A stretch of 64,000 nucleotides of DNA from assembly GCA_030141605.1 (NCBI GenBank), contig JAQGDQ010000301.1, positions 1 to 64,000 on the forward strand. The letters run 5' to 3'. Source of the stretch: Tubiluchus corallicola. Its lineage: Eukaryota; Animalia; Priapulida. The position numbers and the translations under genes were made by a program. Shown one piece after another: positions 1 through 11,598 of the stretch; the first letter of the stretch is position 1, and the number at the start of each line of letters is the position of its first letter. The notes under the pieces are model-generated. The model was not told where the DNA came from. It was given only the letters and a program-made list of their open reading frames with translations, and searched no databases.

Positions 1-168
1 CAGTTGCCGTTGTGTGAACCAAAGGAATGTGTTGCCAAGGAACTTTCCAGACTAGAGAATTACGCTCGACATAGAGAAATTTACAACAGCACCTTACTGG
101 AGTCATTTGCAGCTTCAATTGGTAGCAATAAGTCACAACACGAAAACGACCCAGGACAGAAGAAATAG
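1..168 (+). CDS. Possible terminal coding exon of an unknown gene entering from upstream of the window
   Basis: Frame 1 is open from base 1 to TAG at 166-168 (QLPLCEPKECVAKELSRLENYARHREIYNSTLLESFAASIGSNKSQHENDPGQKK*) and is followed by AT-rich, UTR-like sequence. No motif recognised. Confidence 0.25.
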   Translation, partial: QLPLCEPKECVAKELSRLENYARHREIYNSTLLESFAASIGSNKSQHENDPGQKK

Positions 169-3100
169 AAGCTACTGATGATTAAATTAGAACAACTGAG
201 AACAAAGTTTTAGTGATTTACTTGATATGACAATCATAATTTATTTATGAAACATTTTTATTTCACACTTTTGTATTTGGCCTGCTAACAAAACTTGGGA
301 CTGTGATGACAAGGGTTGCAGCCTGAAATTATTATTATAATGATAACTGTTTACAGGTTTCTCGTGTGGGAGATATTCTGTTATTTGTTATTCAACCGAA
401 TCTGCAAAAATATCTGAAGCTGGAATCGAACCAGCAACGTTATTTAATATTATATATCAGCAGAATTGGAGAGCGTACCCCCCATGAGAGTAACATTCTT
501 AATGTAAAAGATACCAGCAGTTTATTGTCAGGATGTTTTTGTCCCAAGTTTGCCCAAAATTTAGTGTACTGTAACTGTGGCCCTATAAATGTGAGAGAAT
601 AATAGCATGTAAATAAACAAACTGCAATATTAAACTATACTATAGATAACTACAGATAAATGATCAGGCAAGTATGTTCGAGTCTATCCATGCTTGCAAA
701 ACCTACATTTTAAAAGTGCACCCACAACTCGTTTGTAGCCAATCAGGACTAAGCAAAGTATAATTGTTGCACTGTAACTTTGTAACACCTGTTCTCAACT
801 TTTGACCTTTACCTCAAATCGCTTGTCAGACAGAGCTGCACAGAATCAGAATGGTGCAAGCGATAAGGAGAAAAATCGCGAAAACACAGATAATCCATTT
901 GCCTCTTCTACCAACTGAGGCTTGCCTACCATGAGTCATCAGCCATGGTCCACGGTGGACTCCCCATAAGCCATTTTCAGCGGTTCATAAAGAGGTTTAT
1001 TGTGAAATGAATTTGGCCATTACTTCACTTGCCACAAGGCGTTTTTGTTTATTGCTAAAGAGATACTTTGCTTATTTGTGGTTTTTACCAAATACAATTC
1101 ATTTATAGCATAAAAATCCATAACATTCATATGGACTACAAACTTAAAGCACATAAGAATTGCATTTTACAATGTGCAGTATTTTACAATACATGCACCT
1201 GACAATCCATCATTACAATAAACTGATAGATGGAAATTTTAGTGTACATGTAAACATTTTTCGTTATTATGTTATGAATTTATTTTAAAATAGCGAATTA
1301 ACTAGGAAATTAATTGATAAAAATTTGGAATTTGATTAATTGCAACAGATAAGATCGCGGACGAAGTTTATGCCGTTCGACCATAATGACTCACTCAGCT
1401 TGTACCTTGAATTTAATGTGTTAAGAATCAGAGGTTGATGGATTGTAGAGAATTGAGATATTAAATAAATTCGGTAAACCTGTAGCATAAATGAACTTTG
1501 AGACATTAGTCCACGAGGAAGAGCTAACCTCCGAATTACCTGGCCGTTGGTCAAAGCTCTATTGTTCTAAGTCACACCAATAGTAGGTGACTGTTACTGT
1601 TCGTCCTATCAATAATTAGCCCAGAGACTCTGGCTATATGCTATGGGCCCAATGACAATAAATCGCTGTCCTCTCAGTATCAAGGGGTGCCATCAGAATC
1701 GATAGGAGCCATCTTGGATAATCAGCCAAGTAGCTCTTAACGTGTCACAATCGAATGTCATGTCAAGTGACCTTCGATTCAAAAACCAGTGCAGAGAGCT
1801 TCGGGTGGTTGTTGATGCTTGGGTTGCGAGACGAGAAGAGCTGCCGATAGCTGTACCAGAGAGGTGTTCTTGGAGAAGAGACATTTTCTTTAGCTCAGCG
1901 TGGAGAAGAATTCTACGTCATTTGTGTATCAAACCTCTGATGCTAAGAGTCTCGATTGGGAGTCTGGATCTGGTCAATTACAGTTGTTAGATTGGTCAGG
2001 CCACAAGTTAAGTAACTTTACGATTATATTAGTTACGGTAACGGATCAACTTATTTATAATAACTTGTACTTCATGCACAAGAAGTGCGAGCATAGCAGT
2101 TTAATATTTAAGTATTGATCGGTATATTATTTGTTATATACCTCTTCTAGTTGTAAGCGCCCACAAGCGCATAAGTTAAATGTTTGTAAAAGTATCAAAG
2201 CGTAGATTTGTTTAATGTTCGGTACTTGTTTAATAAAAGCTCTTAATACAATCATCACTGTTAATGCTTGTCGAATTGCTTTGCTGAACTAGAAGTAATT
2301 GTAAGTGCATTCTCGTCAAAGACACTATCTGCTTTACGAACCTAGAGTGTTCACATCTTGATAACTCGAGAGACAAAGATATATTCTCACAACGCATATT
2401 TCGCAGTTTTGTGGGAAATCATCATCGCCCTATCGGTCTGACCTAAGCTCTCGGAGTCGGGCAATTAATCAGTTACAAATTAATTGTCTTTAAGCGTGTG
2501 AATGAATTAATCAGTTAATTAATCAATTAATTAGATAAGTTGTTTGTGTAAAAAGACGCAGCCATAATTATCCTTGATAGTTTGAAACAATGTTGCAAAT
2601 TCTCCTTTGCTTATTCTTTCCTGAAATTCAAATATGGCCCGAAACTCGTGAGAGTAATATTTATACCATGCACCTAGATGACCGAATCTTGATCTTACAG
2701 GAGGCGTCGTCTGCGCCGACTCGCGGTCCCGGACCATTGGTGAGAGTGGTCTGGAAACAATTAGCATTTGCAAAATTGAAAATATACTAGTCACTGGATT
2801 GTCTGCAGGTCTCCGATTGTTTATAAAGCTCTTATCGCTTCCCCTCTTCGGTGCACGCGCATTGATTGTTCACCAGTGATTATCAAATACAAATTCGCCA
2901 TTATTTCATTTATTTACAAAATCCCGACTTTGTGCTTTCCGATTTCTGGTCCTTTGTCTATTTATGATCTGGACTCAGTGCCTGTACTGTGCACACTTTG
3001 ATTTTCTGGATTTTTCATCGTTTGCTTGGCGCAATTCAGAAACATCATAGATCTTTGCAGAAAGGGGCACAAAAATCAAAATGTTGCCTTTTCCCTTCTT

Positions 3101-3369
3101 ATCGTTGATGGTGTCAGTGAGCAATTGTTCCCCATTCTGCTAAACTAAATATTATGTAAGGAACCCTGCATTGTTTTGTTTTTGCTTGTTTGACTGTTTA
3201 CTTTTATACTGCTTTAATTTTACATACTATTAACAAATAATAGTCTTTCTATCTTTTATACCATCCCATATATGAGCTTCATTTATTACATCATTCCATT
3301 TTAAGCACTAATGTTTTTTTTATCACGATTCACTTTAAATTTTCAGATTATCTCCATTACTTTTTTTCT

Positions 3370-3570
3370 CTATCACTGTGTGGGACAATCTAACAAGCCC
3401 TGCTTTTTGATTGCCCACAACACATTTACCTTCGTGTATAAGTGAACAGTGCTTGAGGCTTTTCTGTGCAGTATTTCTTATTTGTATTATATCCATTGTA
3501 GGCCCTTTCACTAGATATTGTATGTGTAACCTGTAAATGTGTATGGTGAAATAAATGACTAAACAAAATG
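3370..3570 (+). mobile_element. 3' tail fragment of an L2/CR1-group LINE
   Basis: Stem-loop TGTGGGACAATC-taacaagccctgcttttt-GATTGCCCACA has the same ACAAGCC..GCTT loop as the 3' UTR of the LINE at ~16310, followed by AATAAA near 3550. Confidence 0.4.
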
Positions 3571-3599
3571 ACTTAGTAGCAGTTTTTAGGGTCAACAAT

Positions 3600-3801
3600 A
3601 TCAAACTGGTAAATCTTTAGATAAAAAATATAGATAATTGCATGATCAATAAGTATAATTTCGTTTTGCGTTTCGTTTAGCAGAACCATGTTGACAATTA
3701 GGTGATATTAGTTTTCTGAGATATATATCATAGTTTAGTTCACAAAAACAACTCTCATTCAAGTATGGTGTACAGATGAGTTTTGAGTACCACCTGAAAA
3801 G
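3600..3801 (-). mobile_element. C-terminal part of a decayed CR1-group LINE ORF2 (left half of the element split by the R2 insertion)
   Basis: The minus strand reads, across frameshifts, ...GTQNSSVHHT*MR..CELNYDIYLRKLISPNCQHG, resembling the HTRLR..LN..L...SP.C.CG C-terminal region of CR1-group RTs. It continues the sequence at 6894+. Confidence 0.5.
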
Positions 3802-6800
3802 CTGTCCAGAATGCTCCTGTACCTTTAACATTCATGCAGGATGCAAACAGCACCGTCGATGTGCACACCCTGTCGAATATAACAGCAGTCTCCCTGGACC
3901 CAGGGAGGAACATGCAGGTGGTTCAGGTACCCTGTGGACGGACGATGAAATGAGGCTAATGTCCGAACAGGAACTTGAGTTCCTAGGAAGGGAAACATCT
4001 GTTAAGGGGCTCAACAAGTTTCTCCACGAGAAGCTGCCTCTCCGCACAGTTGGGGCCATAGCCACAATGAGGAAGTCTGTACGCTACCGCACTCTAAAAG
4101 ATGGGTTAAGAACTGCCGAGGTAAATGTTAACGAAATGGCAGGGAGAGAGCATCGAGTTGATGGACCACAACCCGGTGTGAGGGCAAGCCAGGAACCCGG
4201 TGAGGAACAGCTGGCAAACCGGGACACACTTAGAGAAAGTATCGAAAGGGATATAGAAACTGGAAATATGCAAAATCATAGTGACATGGTTGTGGCTCTG
4301 GCATTCGCTAGAGCTGCATTGGGAGGTGGCGATTTGGATGGGGCCTTTCAGGCACTGAGTGAGGCATGGTTCCCGGTGGACACCCATCCACAACCAGCCA
4401 GACCTCTTCCTGTTAGGAGAGCTCCCGATTGACCTGCTAACTGCAGGAGGGAAAGGTACAAGACGTACCAGAGACTGTATCAAAGAGACAGATGCAATCT
4501 TGCGAACGTCGTACTCGATGATGCACCCCTGGAAGTCAAGTATCCTCCCATTGACTGCATCGAGCAAACGTACATCCAGAGATTCGAGAAACCTTCCCTA
4601 CCGGACGACGAACCCATCGAGGACTTCAAACCGTGTGAAGATTCAGACAGCCTCTGTGCTCCAATAGCACAAGAGGAAGTGGCAAAAACATTCAAAGCCA
4701 TGAAGTCCAATTCGTCTCCTGGTCCGGATAGGGGGGTCACGATGAAAGCCCTCTAGAGGGTAAGCAAGGGTGCGATAACCCTTGTCTTCAAGGTATAGCA
4801 ATTCCTAAAGAAGGTCCCAAACAGCCTGAAGGAATGCCGTACCACCCTCCTCCCCAAGTCTGCTGAGGGCTTGCAGGACGTCAGTAACTGGCGGATCCCT
4901 ATTGCTCAGGTGGTATGCCAAGATTCTGACCACCAGAATCCAGGCAACGGTCAAGCTCAACCCACGCCAGAGAGCCTTCCAACCAAGAGATGGCTGTTCC
5001 GAAAACCTGACTCTCCTAAACACCGTGATTCGGTATGCCCGAGCAAGTCACAGGGAATTAAACATCGCATTCCTTGACTTAGCAAAGGAGTTCGACACGG
5101 TACCTCACACCTCGATCGTGTGGGCAATGCGAAGGTTCGGCCTTCCAGAGCAGGTTCAGCAAATCATTGGGGATATGTATACGGGTGCGGTATTAGCATC
5201 ACGTCAGGTGTTAAGTAGGGATGTCCGCTATCACCCCTGCTTTTCAACCTGGTAATCGACGAACTGATCTCGAAAGTCGGTTCTCGATTTGGTTATGGGA
5301 TCGACGAGCGCCAAGTGGCTATAGTTGGTTTTGCCGACGACCTAGTCCTAATGTCAGCCTCAAAACATGGCATGGGAGTTTTGTTGGAGACAGCCAATGG
5401 CTTCTTCACGAAACGAGGCATGACATTAAACGCCAACAAATGCAAAGCCATGAGGCTAGTCAAGGCATACCGGCGAAAGGCTATGAAAGTGCTAATAGAA
5501 CCCACATGGGAGATCAGCCAGACTCCTATTCCAATGCTGGGAGTCAGTGATACATACAAATACCTGGGAATTCCCATGACTGCTAAAGCACGACCCACCA
5601 TGGACACCAAGTCCCTTAAAGCATGGCTTATAAGAGTGGAAGGGGCACCACTCAAACCTCAACAAAAGGTGGATATGATCAGACAATATGTGATTCCGCG
5701 TCTGGCATACCACTTCCGTATATGTGAGGTTCATATGAATGGCCTCAAGGGAGCAGACAGGCTTATAAGATCAAGCCTAAAACGTATACTTCATATAGCG
5801 AGGGATGTCCCGAATGCATTCTCCTACATGCCAATGAAGAAGGGAAGGCTGGGATTTTCTTCTCTTGAAAAGGATGTTCCTTTGATGAAAGTCAAGATGC
5901 TCAGCCGATTGCAGGCCTCATCAGATCCGCTGGTGAACATGAGCGCATCTGCTCCAGTGTGGAATAGGGAGCTTGAGTGGGCTAAGAGGGTGGCGAGCCT
6001 CGAAGCCTACAGTAATGCAAAAGACATAAATCGTGCAAAAAGGGATAATGATCGCAAACATCTAGCGGCATTCAACGATAAAGTGCATGGGAAGGGTTTT
6101 GCAGCCGTGTCTGCTGACCCACTGAATACCCATTACCTACGTAGCAGCGCACTCCTGAGCAGGGGTGATTATATCTTGGTTCTCAAGATGATCACCAACT
6201 CTCTACCAGTTAGAATTAACACCACGAGAGGACAACCCAATGCAATCAGGAGATGTCGCAGGTGCAGGAGACATGCAGAGAGTCAGGTTCACGTGCTTCA
6301 ACAGTGCACAACAGTAAACAATGCCATATCACGACGGCACTGTGCGAGGTGCTCGCCGAAGCCTTGAAGCGGCAGGGCTTTACGGTCGTCAGGGAACCTT
6401 GGTCCGAGATCAACAGCACAAGGTACCACCCCGACATCCTGGCGACCAAAGGTGGTCATACGTACGTTGTTGATCCGACCATCTCGGCAGCAGGAAACAT
6501 CTACTCGCTTAGGGCCAGGTGCAGGGACAAGGCCCTGAAGTACGAACCGATCCTCGATGCCGTCAAACAGCGGTGCGGCTCTGCCACTGCCTCGTCTCAC
6601 GGCATCTGTGTGGGCTTTTGTGGGGAATGGGCAGGAGGAGAGAACGACGTTCTCCTGAAGACACTCGGTCTTCTGAACGTCAGAGCCAAACTAGTCCGCT
6701 TGGCGATTAGAGGCTCATGTATGGTGTTTAGAAAGTTCCTGGGAAGGCAAAGAAGGGCGACCTAGGTCATCTCCTGCTCAGGATGTTACCACTCGAGTTC

Positions 6801-6887
6801 CTACATCCAAACGTGTGAAAGGTTTATACCTAGGGGAAATCCGACTACTCTATGAGTAGCCGATGGATACCGTACCTTTACGGTATC
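3802..6887 (+). mobile_element. R2-type non-LTR retrotransposon (C2H2 finger, Myb, RT, CCHC, restriction-like endonuclease), 5'-truncated and inactivated
   Basis: C2H2 finger CPECSCTFNIHAGCKQHRRCAH; Myb-like WTDDEMRLM; RT motifs SPGPD, QRAF, FLDLAKEFDTVPH, GVK*GCPLSPLLFN, GFADD, YKYLG; LKPQQK; CRRC..ESQVHVLQQC; RH; HPDIL..VVDPTI; KALKY. Contains several stops, frameshifts and small deletions. The ORF ends at 6765 and is followed by a structured ~120-bp 3' UTR. Confidence 0.9.
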
Positions 6888-6893
6888 GAAAAG

Positions 6894-7860
6894 GCAAGTT
6901 TTCTTGGGTTTGGAGAAATCCAGTTCACACGGAATTGACGGATGCCTTATATTTACAAAAGAATTTGGAATAGGCAAGTTTGACTCGAGTCAAATGGCAA
7001 CACACAGGTGAACAGATCTGACGCCTGTGAAATCTGACAAAATAAAATAAAATAAAATAAAATAAGTAACCGGTTATTAAAACACATTTGTGATTCTTTG
7101 TTGGAGATTTAAAGATATTTAAAGAGTTAGAATTATGGATATCACCGTATTCCAAAGTGGATGAAATAATAGTTTTGAACAAGAATTCAAAGTTGAACGC
7201 GGCAGTAACGTTGCTGGTCATCGCAAGTTTATTAGTTTTGGCTGAATCTTGTTTAGAATCCTGAATATCCCCAGAGCTTTTGAAAATGAATGTGTATTAA
7301 TTATATATATAATTTATATAAAGATTTATTGTTAAGCAGGTCGGAATTCTGTGACTGTATCCATTATGGAAGTATCGTCGGCAAAACTACGTATGTCACA
7401 CTGTATATTATGAGTCATGTTATTTACATAGACAACAACCAAGGAGGGCCCGGGCAACCTAGCCACCAGGGTCAAAGAATCTGACGAGGCACCTTCCCTA
7501 ACTACTTGCTGTATACAACCAGATATATAAGAAGCTAACCAACGTACCAAGGGACCACTGATGCTAAGCTGGGATCATTTGAATATGAAACCTTTGCGCC
7601 AGACCTTATCAAAAGCTTTACTTGCATCGAGAAAAACTTTCCGTACCTCATTTCCAGCGTCTAGATCAGAGTATATTTTGTGGACAGTAAATATCAATTG
7701 ATTTATTGTACTGTACTTTACTATCACCTGGCTTGAAACCAGAATTACTACATTCATTCAACAGATTATTGTGAATAACAAGATAATTATAAAGTTCTTT
7801 ATACACAATCCGCTCAAAGATTTTAAAAACACGGGAAAGTAGAGAAATAAGTCGGAAATT
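6894..7860 (-). mobile_element. Decayed CR1/L2-group LINE reverse transcriptase (right half of the split element)
   Basis: Minus-strand peptides NFRLISLLSRVFKIFERIVY, STINQL..VFLDASKAFDKVW and GPSLVVVYVNNM..IRSFADDTS, in several frames. Confidence 0.8.
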
Positions 7861-8424
7861 CCATTGTTAATAGACATTTTAAATAATAACGTTAAAGGCA
7901 CAGAAACCTTACAGAGCTTGAAAACAATATTACTTTTACGATCAGGCCCTATTAAAGTGGCGTTTATGTACCACGCAGATGCGATGCAGTCTCCACTTGT
8001 GGAACAGCCTGCGGAGCAGCCTGCAGAGAAAGAAAAACTGCATTTGCAGGCTGCATAAACAGGTACTTTGAAAACAATGTGAACCGATTTTGTCTATTCC
8101 GCAACCCCCAAAATGCACCCGCATCCGCATCTTACATGCACGATCTTTAGCAGATTTCACACAGGTGTTACTGTACATTGTTACAGTGCAAACACTTCAG
8201 TTATTGAAAGCTTTTTTCAATCTTTTTCGGGAAAAATCGATTTTTAATTTTTCTAAGGTAAGCAAATGCATTTCATATATAATTTTGCAGGAAAATTCAT
8301 TGCGTATAGTGTAGAGACCTACAAAAATTATCAAATATAACGTAATTGTTACTTAGTGCGAGCAATTTTTCATTAACCCGTGCAAAAAGCAGCAAACGCT
8401 TTGGTTCTGAAGGATCTAAATTTT

Positions 8425-8725
8425 AATTACCTCATCAATCTGTAATGAGATTTATCAGTGTCTGCCTGTGTGTGTTTGTTACATTTTTGTGAGATGGGCT
8501 TAGGCATGTAATAAACGATTCTGGTCTTGTGTGGCAACATACTATTCTGTAGATGTTTAAGGACCTCGTATGAAAACTGTTTTACCCCCTTTTTATGATT
8601 TCTGTCACCAGTAAATGCTTATAGTTTTCCTCTTTTTATACGTTTTTCGGCACAATATTGCTTCACTGGAAAAACAAACTGTCTATAAGAACAACAACAG
8701 CAAAAACAACAACATCAACAAAAAT
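8425..8725. repeat. Dispersed repeat, copy 1 (paired with 10957-11250)
   Basis: Shared collinear blocks TTACCTCAT.AATCTGTAATGAG, CAACA.ACTATTCTGTAG and CTTCACTGGAAAA.CAAA.TGTC, ending in (CAA)n. Confidence 0.65.
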
Positions 8726-8917
8726 GAGAATGACAACGACAGGAAAAAATGCACATGACATATATTTGGAATACAAATAAATGAGGCATCTGCGACAGCG
8801 GTATGTTATTGATATGAATCATTTATTTACTTATTCTCTGCAACCTAAAAGTTTCAAAAGAATAAGCAAACAGTATAAAAATATCAATACAATGAGAGCT
8901 AATGTTCTTGTACAACC

Positions 8918-10087
8918 TTATTGTCTCTGTACCTCGATGCAATTTCCTTGCTTCACCCACCAGTCTTGTATGTTGTACGTTTTTTCTGGTTCACTCAGAT
9001 TATTCAGTTTTTTGCACAAATGGCAGAAGCTTCGATTTGGGCTCCTTGTTATAGAATAATTCTGCTTCCAGGCAAAATATTGTGAATAAGCAGCGTCGTT
9101 CTTATCCAAATACAAGAGGTACTCGGCAAGTTTTTTAGCTGAGTCAAAATCTGCTGTATTGATTACTGAATGAGGCGGTGTTAAGTTTGTGTAATCAGCA
9201 CCACCTCTCACAACAGGAATCACATTGCTGAACATTAACCTCTTATAAACTTTCTCTGTAATATAGTCACGGCAGTAAGAATTTTCAAATGACAAATAAA
9301 ATTTATAGTCACGATTTAAAATCTTATCACAATAACGGCCTTTTTTCTTACACGTTAAGTTACCACATTCGCCATATACATCAACAGAGATGTATTTCTG
9401 CAACTCTTTGGCATATTCTATTCGCCCAGTATAATCGGTGTTGCAGTTGCTTACAAACCAAGCCACTAGTTTTGTCTTTCCTTTAGCGTAATTTTTAACA
9501 ATCTCAACACGAGGTGAAGGACGTGAGACAACTTCTCCATGTACACGAGGAAAATCAGAATCGAGACGATAAGTCATCGTCCAGTTAAAAATATCATTTA
9601 AATGCGACAAATCTGGGATTTTTCCCTTTGTGTCGGGAAACATTCTAATTGGCGTTTCGCACAAAAAGAAAACCCATCTTTGTCCTGGTGGTCGGTAAAC
9701 AGGGAAAGGAGTAAGATTACTCTCTTCTGTATTTCTCATGTGCACAACAACCGCATCACTTTCGTTCAAGCGGGACTTGTCATTTGTTGTTTCACAATTT
9801 CTCTCCAACATGTGACACATTTCAAAAGGCTTACTTCCTTTTCCAAAATCAAAAAAATCATCTTTGTGGAACTTATTCCAAAACAAAATTAATTTCTGGG
9901 TAGGTGAACCTGTTAAGTCACTAGTGAAGGAAGTTCTGTATTTATAATAGCTTTCAACTTTTTCTGAAGTCCTGTTAAAACGTCTTACGTCAAATAACTG
10001 TTGATTTATGGTCCATGATTTGTACAGCACTGCCATTGTTAAAGTAAAAACAGCACTAGTGACGACAGCAAGTTTTTTCGTACTCAT
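8918..10087 (-). CDS. Alpha-1,3-fucosyltransferase, glycosyltransferase family GT10 (FucT-C-like), type II membrane protein, single coding exon
   Basis: Intact 389-aa ORF. N-terminal TM segment (LAVVTSAVFTLTMAVLY), SDAVVVH, QRWVFF..ETP, FNWTMTYRLDSD, VAWFVSNC, VDVYGECG, the alpha-1,3-FucT motif YKFYLSFENSYCRDYITEK, and YFAWK..FCHLC. A splice acceptor-like polypyrimidine-AG lies 12 nt upstream of the ATG (10100-10101). Confidence 0.95.
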   Translation of the reverse strand: MSTKKLAVVTSAVFTLTMAVLYKSWTINQQLFDVRRFNRTSEKVESYYKYRTSFTSDLTGSPTQKLILFWNKFHKDDFFDFGKGSKPFEMCHMLERNCETTNDKSRLNESDAVVVHMRNTEESNLTPFPVYRPPGQRWVFFLCETPIRMFPDTKGKIPDLSHLNDIFNWTMTYRLDSDFPRVHGEVVSRPSPRVEIVKNYAKGKTKLVAWFVSNCNTDYTGRIEYAKELQKYISVDVYGECGNLTCKKKGRYCDKILNRDYKFYLSFENSYCRDYITEKVYKRLMFSNVIPVVRGGADYTNLTPPHSVINTADFDSAKKLAEYLLYLDKNDAAYSQYFAWKQNYSITRSPNRSFCHLCKKLNNLSEPEKTYNIQDWWVKQGNCIEVQRQ

Positions 10088-10956
10088 TGTTTTATTGTTC
10101 TAACAATAGGAGATGTGAAACGATATAACAGATCCTTCAATGTGTTTAATATTGCTACAACTTGCCTACAAACCAGGTCTTTTAGTCTGGCAGTATCAAG
10201 TAACTCCAAAAATATACAAATAGGCCCATTTTGCCTATGAATCTACGTGTGCGATTTGTGCACGAAAATCCGCATTAATGCTACCAATACTTCCGTACCC
10301 TATCTGAATTTCTTACGCGTACGTGGAAGCACTTCTCATTTTGTGCGCAATTTATTACGCACCGTGCATCACGCAGAACTAGATGTATTCTGCCCTGACA
10401 AAGCAAGGCGACATAACTGCAAATTTGGCAATTTGACTTAAATTTAGGCAATTTAGTTTATGGCGCATATTTCTATCAATGTCACAATGGCGCATATGCT
10501 TTAATTTAGTCTAAATCACGATGTCACAAAATAGCTTATCTAGAACATGCACTTGACGCGCTAAGGCAAAAAGACAAAGCACGAAAGATAGGATAGCTCT
10601 GTGACATGACTTGCGACCTGAAACTGTTATGGCACGCACTCTGTTTCTTTTATCACTTTAAACGAATTCATTATTCTTAAAAAGTGAAAGCTGCTATAGG
10701 CTTTTTGAATTTACTACATCAATACAGTGGTTCGAGCAGAAAGAATCACTATAAAGTTTCATGAATTCTTACGATTTTTTATCCATTCTGGGAAAATCAC
10801 AATGAAAGTTAAATGCTATTCTCCACAAGATTGTTGGTACCAGGGGTACAGACTTTGATAAAGGAATACTGAACGGTGACTTGAGAGAGAAGGTCAATGG
10901 CAGTAGATATATATCTCCTCTTTTTTGAAGTATTGTCCTGAAGGTGTCAAATTGTA

Positions 10957-11250
10957 CTTACCTCATAAATCTGTAATGAGTTTACCTGTCAGATGGCTTA
11001 TTTTTGTTTGTTGCGTTTTTGTAAAAATAGGCAAAGGCAACTAGTAAACGATTTTGATCTAGTCTTGCAACACACTATTCTGTAGCTGTTTAAGACCTGG
11101 TGTGAAGATTGTTTTTACCAACTTTCTGTGATTCTTACACAAAGTTTTTACACATATTATACCTTTTGCCAGCACGATATTTCTTCACTGGAAAAGCAAA
11201 TTGTCCAGAAGAACAACACATAAAAAATAACAACAACGACAACAGCAATG
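10957..11250. repeat. Dispersed repeat, copy 2 (same orientation as 8425-8725)
   Basis: Collinear similarity to 8425-8725. Confidence 0.65.
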
Positions 11251-11542
11251 ATAAGAACTGTGAAAGTTATTTTTGAAGTTGTTGTTCAGTAACTTTGATT
11301 TGCTTGAGTTTAGACACAGAGAAGTACGGATAGGAACCAAAAATCTATAATAAATATTTGCACTGCAAACAACAGAAACGTGTTTTCTGAACTTTAGAAA
11401 CATGAACAGAAAACTGCTGCCCTGAACATTGAGCAAAAACTAGAAAGCAAAAATCGTCAGTAAAACCTGTTTCACAGCCAGTATACAGGTATACAACTTG
11501 ACTTATTCAACTTGCACAGGCTTCACAACAACCATAAATTTT

Positions 11543-11598
11543 AGATGGAGAGAGGACTAATATGTTTGCAAGATGGAGAGAGGACTAATATGTTTGCA
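11543..11598. repeat. Perfect 28-bp tandem duplication
   Basis: AGATGGAGAGAGGACTAATATGTTTGCA x2. Confidence 0.9.

Noticed and set aside
3776-3801. ATG start for the R2 ORF (MSFEYHLKS)
   Set aside because: These codons come from the flanking antisense LINE. The element is 5'-truncated, so no 5' UTR or HDV-like ribozyme is present.
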